DNA of 64,000 nt from Longimicrobiales bacterium (GTDB lineage Bacteria > Gemmatimonadota > Gemmatimonadetes > Longimicrobiales > Gaopeijiaceae). How positions within the stretch are numbered: position 1 is the stretch's first letter; each line of letters begins with the position of its first letter. The position numbers and the translations under genes are program-made. The notes beneath the pieces are model-generated. The model ran no database searches, was not told where the DNA came from, and saw nothing but the letters and a program-made list of their open reading frames with translations. Below are positions 59,532 to 64,000 of the stretch, piece by piece. The DNA lies in the NCBI GenBank assembly GCA_965218295.1, contig CBDCKN010000005.1, forward strand, positions 40,253 to 104,252, read 5' to 3'.

Positions 59532-60488
59532 TGTGCGGGCTGGTACCAGACCGTCTCGCGCGCGAGAGGGACTATCTCGCCTTCGATCTCGTTGAGAGCC
59601 GGGGATGCGAGATGGGTCAGGATCTCTTGCACCTCCTCCACGGTGAGCCCTCGCTCCACGAGTAGCCGTGTGGCCTCCCGCTCCGAAGCCGCGCAGCCAA
59701 GGGCGCGTGCGATGACCGCGAAGACGAGAGGAGTGGCCCGGGGGGTGATCGCGTTGGACGACCACATCCGGTCGAGCACGATTCTCAGGTGACGAGCCAT
59801 CGGCAGGCCGTCCAGACCGACGACGACTGCGGAGAACGGCCCGGTCTTCTCCTCCGCCCTGAGGTCCACCCGCCGTGCCGTCTTCCGAATCCGACGAAGT
59901 TTGATGGCCATCAACGGTCGCGTGATGCGCACCCACCAAGAATCGGGCAGCTGCTCTATGGGCCCCGGCGCCAGCGCGAGCATCGTGGAGAGCTTGTTGA
60001 AGAAGAGGTACAGCCCGATCAGACCTGCGAGCTCGGAGACCTCGGCGTCCGAGAAGCCTCCCCTTCTCAACGCCTCGAGATCGACCTGCGACGCGAGGGG
60101 GGCGGACCGTGAAACACGTCTTGCAAACTCGATCGCCGCGCGCTCCTGAGGCGTGAAGTCACCGGTGAGGAGATCCTGCTCGAGGCGAGCGATGCGGGCC
60201 TCCTTCATGCCGAGAATGCGGAGAAACGCGCGCTGGGCGCCGAAGCAGTATCGGCAGGAGTTGTCCTGACTCACCACGAGCCCCACTTGGTCCGCGAGGT
60301 CCGGCTCCAGGAACACGCGGTTTTGGAGCTCGACCGACAGCCGAATCACCGAGCCAGCTGCAGCCTTTGAAGAATCGCATCGTCTGACCAGAACGTCCGA
60401 CCTCGCGCAGGAAGCGCTGCTCGAGCTCGGGGCTCGCTCTCGGCTCCAGCAGGTACTCCTCCCACTCGATGTCCGTCATTGCCGTCAT
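59532..60488 (-). pseudogene. AhpD/carboxymuconolactone decarboxylase-like protein, frameshifted and truncated
   Basis: VVSQDNSCRYC, ERAAIEFARRVS; frameshift near 60345; ends at WYQPAQ joined to the cyclase piece. Confidence 0.75.
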
Positions 60489-60623
60489 GGTCACCTACCA
60501 GCATTCACAAGGGGTGGTCAATCTATAACGCCGCGCACGCGAGGAGCGAGCACTTGCGCGGCGGCGCGTCGAGTGAACAGCGAGACACGGTGCCCCAAAG
60601 CGCCGGGCCCGCAGCCTACTCTA

Positions 60624-62359
60624 CTATCCGGGGGCCAAGCGCAGTTCTCCGCGCCGAGCGGCCTCGACGGCGTAGTCGGCGGCCCGTGCCGTGAGAGCCA
60701 TGTAAGTGAGGGATGGGTTCTGACAGGCGGCGGACGTCATGCAGGCCCCGTCCGTGACGAACACGTTGGGCACGTCGTGCAGCTGGTTGTGCGCGTTCAG
60801 GACGGATGACCGAGGGTCCCACCCCATGCGGGCCGTTCCCATCTCATGAATGCCTTCCCCGGGGCGATAGTCGTTGTCGAATGTGCTGACGTCGGTGCAG
60901 CCCGAGGCCTCCAGCATTTCAGCCGCGGAGTCCATCATGTCACGCCGCATCGCGCGCTCGTTGTCCCCAATGGTGCAGTGGATACGAAGGACGGGGAGTC
61001 CCCAGGCGTCCGTCGTATAGGGATCCAGTGCGATGTAGTTGTCGTAGCGAGGCAACATTTCACCGAATCCGCTGAGGGACATCCGCCATTCCCCGGGACG
61101 CCGGAGACGGGCCTTGAGCTCGGTCCCGAGCCCCTCCTCGGCGACACCCCGGCCCCATCCCGCTCTGCTCGCCTCCCCTTGATAGCCATACCCACGCACG
61201 AAGTCGGGGGACCGGCTGCGCTCGTCCACGTTACGGAATCGCATGAGATAGATGCCGTTGGGGCGCCGCCCGTAGTAGTAGCGGTCCTCCAGGCCAGGAA
61301 CGATGCCTCTCGCCCCGATCTTGAAGTGGTGATCCATCACGTAGTGGCCGAGCGCGCTGCTGCTGCTGCCGAGTCCGTCCGGGAACCGGGGTGATGTGCT
61401 CATCATGAGGATCTGCGTCGACGCGAACGCCGAGGCGTACAGGAAGACCATCCGGGCACGGAACTCCAGATCCTCGTGCGTCTCGGCGTCGATGACCCGA
61501 ACCCCGGTGACGACGTCCAGCTCCTCGTGGTAGATGAGGCTGTGAACGATGCTGTGGGTACGGACGGTGAGACGGCCCGTGCGCGCGCGGCCGGGAGCGT
61601 GCTGCTCAGGCTGCAGAAATACGCGCCGACCGAACAGCCCCGGTCACACGGGCCGCAGTAATGACACGCACCCCGTCCGTTGTGGGGCTGGGTCAGCACG
61701 GCGGTCCGCCCGATGGTCATGCGACGGTACGGGAACGCCGCCTCGATCCCCTCTTTGACCTTCAGCTCGCCAGCGTTGAAAGGCATCGGAGGGAGGAACT
61801 GGCCGTCGGGGAGCTGGGGCATGCCTTCGACTCGGCCGCTCAGTCCCGCGAACCGCTCGACGTAGTCGTACCAGGGAGCCATATCGGCGTACCGAATGGG
61901 CCAGTCGATCTCGATCCGGTCGCGGGCGTTTGCCTCGAAGTCCAGATCGCTGAGCCGGTACGACTGCCGGCCCCACATGATCGACCGGCCACCCAGATGA
62001 TGGCCCCGGATCCACAGGAAGGGCTTGTCCTCATCGAAGGTGTACGGATTCTCCCGATCGTTGACGAAGAAGTGACGCGTGTGCTTCGAGACAGGACCGG
62101 CCTGACTCTGGAGGAACTGATCACGCTCCATCGCCTCGCGGTCGCCTCGGCCCCGGAACTCCATCTCCCAGGGGCCCTTGTGCTCCGTGATGTAGTCGAC
62201 GCCGTGCTTGATCGGACGTCCCCGCTCCAGGACGAGGACCTCGAGCCCCTTCTCCGTGAGCTCCTTCGCTGCCCACCCCCCCGTGATGCCCGACCCCACC
62301 ACGATGGCGTCGTAGACCCTGCTGCGACCTGCCGGGACCTCCTGAGGTCTCACGCCCAT
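60624..62359 (-). pseudogene. GMC oxidoreductase (glycoside 3-dehydrogenase-like flavoprotein), single frameshift
   Basis: GSGITGGWAAKEL, CHYCGPC, IHEMGTARMG, QNPSLTYMA; shift at GC run 61581-61589. Confidence 0.88.
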
Positions 62360-62928
62360 GTGCGTCCAACGTCTTCTAGCGAGAGATCGCCGTCGTACCG
62401 GCCCGGGGACGCGATCCACTGGAGCTCCTGCGTTGCTCCGGCCTCCGACGTGTAGTAGCCGGCCAACGTCCACTCCTTCAGCGTCGCGAAGAAGGGCAAA
62501 GGATCGACTCCTTCGTCGCGTGCCTGGACCGCCTCCTCATCCAGGGCGGCGAGGAGCGAGGTCTGTTGATCGGCGTTGGCCTCGAGGAAGGAGACGCCCT
62601 GAGCCTCCTCGATCGACGGGTCGAGTTCGTCGAGGCCAGCGAGGAAGCGTTCCTTGTCTTCGGGTTCGACCCAGCGATCGAGCATCAGGTCGATGAAGGC
62701 CGGCACCCCGACTTCGCTCGCGCCGGGCGTGTCCGTCGGTGGGATGATTCGGTCCACGACGACGCGCAGCAGCTCGAGCTGCGATCCCGACAACGCCCCG
62801 GGCGTCCACTCCGGAGGCGGCGGCCCAACTTCGCACCCCGAAAGCAGCGCCCCGATGGTAGGAGCGGACATGGCGCTGCCGAGCAGGACGGTCAGGCGGT
62901 GTACGGCTTCTCTGCGCGAGATGTCCAC
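62350..62928 (-). CDS. gluconate 2-dehydrogenase subunit 3 family (Tat-signal small subunit)
   Basis: SRREAV twin-Arg, IIPPTDTPGA, GYYTSE. Confidence 0.9.
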   Translation of the reverse strand: MDISRREAVHRLTVLLGSAMSAPTIGALLSGCEVGPPPPEWTPGALSGSQLELLRVVVDRIIPPTDTPGASEVGVPAFIDLMLDRWVEPEDKERFLAGLDELDPSIEEAQGVSFLEANADQQTSLLAALDEEAVQARDEGVDPLPFFATLKEWTLAGYYTSEAGATQELQWIASPGRYDGDLSLEDVGRTWA

Positions 62929-62940
62929 GGGGTGCTCATC

Positions 62941-64000
62941 TCATCGACGCACTGGGTCGAATGCCTCGAAGCTCCGGTAGTCGTCGGGATCACCGCTGCC
63001 TCTGTATCTCGCCTGCAGAGGATATGGATAGTGGGGCCGGCTGAAGTCGTACCTGTCGGGTACCGATACATTCGCTTCAACCGGATTCATGCCTTCGGCA
63101 TGATAGCCTATCATCACATCGGGCGCCTGACCCTGTTCGACCCAGGCTTCGAGGTGGCTGAGAAAGTCGCCGCTGGACGCTCCGTCGCCACTATGGCAAT
63201 GCGACCGCCCCGGAATCATGAACAGCCGAACAGACTCTTGGGTGCTGGCCCGCCCGCCCATGATTCGTTCCACCATCTCATAGTAGTCGGTGCTGACCCG
63301 CGGGCCGGGAAGGCCGGAGTCCTCCCAGCCCTGGATGATCATCAGCTTGCCACCCGCAGCCTTCAAGTTACGCAGATCCGGATTGTTGTAGCCATTCACG
63401 ACCGCGTCCATCATCCCGGTGCGCTTGTAATCACTGTCGAAATCAAAATCGGCCGACGTCCAGCTCGGACCCGGATCCGGGTTGAAACCCATGAACTGCC
63501 AATACTGGGTCTTATAGTCGAGATCCTTGGAAAAATATTCATACACACTATTCTCCGAGCCGGGCATGGCGGGGTACCAGGGGAAGTATTTGCTGAGCTT
63601 TTCACCTTCCGACGTCACCGGCCCCTCGTAGACTTTCCTGGCCGCCTCCACCTGCTCCGTCGACAGACACCCCGACGTCTGACCCCCCGTGCAGGTCAGC
63701 TCGCCGGGATCGAACTCGCACGTCCGGGGATCGCCCCCGATGATCCCATCCTCGAGGCCGTCGTCCGCATCACATGCGGCGATGGCTCCCTCGTGAAGGA
63801 CGTCCAGATCGGCGGGTGTGAAAAGCGGCTCGCCGTTCTCATCATGGGTCACCAGGGCGTTCCACATAATCACGACACCTGAGGCCGTTACAGTCGAGGG
63901 CTCCATGGCGAGAATGCCGTCGAAATTCCACGGATATCGATTCGCTTCGACCATACCCTGCTTGCCGCCGCCGGAGCAGCCGACATGATAGGAAAACTCC
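62941..64000 (-). CDS. tannase/feruloyl esterase family hydrolase (partial, runs off window)
   Basis: GCSGGG nucleophile, CDADDGLEDG, PGRSHC, YPYP. Confidence 0.9.
   Translation of the reverse strand, partial: EFSYHVGCSGGGKQGMVEANRYPWNFDGILAMEPSTVTASGVVIMWNALVTHDENGEPLFTPADLDVLHEGAIAACDADDGLEDGIIGGDPRTCEFDPGELTCTGGQTSGCLSTEQVEAARKVYEGPVTSEGEKLSKYFPWYPAMPGSENSVYEYFSKDLDYKTQYWQFMGFNPDPGPSWTSADFDFDSDYKRTGMMDAVVNGYNNPDLRNLKAAGGKLMIIQGWEDSGLPGPRVSTDYYEMVERIMGGRASTQESVRLFMIPGRSHCHSGDGASSGDFLSHLEAWVEQGQAPDVMIGYHAEGMNPVEANVSVPDRYDFSRPHYPYPLQARYRGSGDPDDYRSFEAFDPVRR

Noticed and set aside
59224..60349. Natural AhpD-cyclase fusion protein
   Set aside because: The two parts are in different frames and the cyclase lacks its N-terminal metal-binding half

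Overview
GC-rich bacterial DNA whose gene style and order suggest Gemmatimonadota (inference). It has two very different halves. Bases 1-28070 are an intact housekeeping block: fabF(partial)-acpP-fabG-fabD-fabH-plsX-rpmF-yceD, ndk, a degenerate PTS-EIIA/CBS protein, sucDC, a UPF0182 membrane protein, a phosphomannomutase, a complete nuoA-N operon with a Rex/CRP-type operator, and divergent dcd. Bases 28-64 kb are an accessory region full of lesions. These include a tandem-repeat frameshift in pepN, an amber codon in a cold-shock gene missed by the ORF track, an IS481 remnant that cuts off the start of a beta-solenoid surface protein, and about eight apparent deletion junctions or truncations that leave unrelated gene fragments abutting (SusC-like receptor, proline racemase, type IV pilin, NACHT, AhpD/cyclase). 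Intact genes of interest in this half are a diheme cytochrome c + PQQ-type dehydrogenase pair with a lanthanide-type D-x-D motif, and a zinc-ribbon/class III cyclase/STAND-ATPase/TPR protein paired with a CxxC redoxin. A second, broken cyclase lies next to an AhpD-like gene nearby. This redox-linked cyclic-nucleotide module is the best candidate for an undescribed system. One tRNA-Arg(TCT) is present. No CRISPR array was seen. All family calls are from motif recognition by eye; no database search was run.
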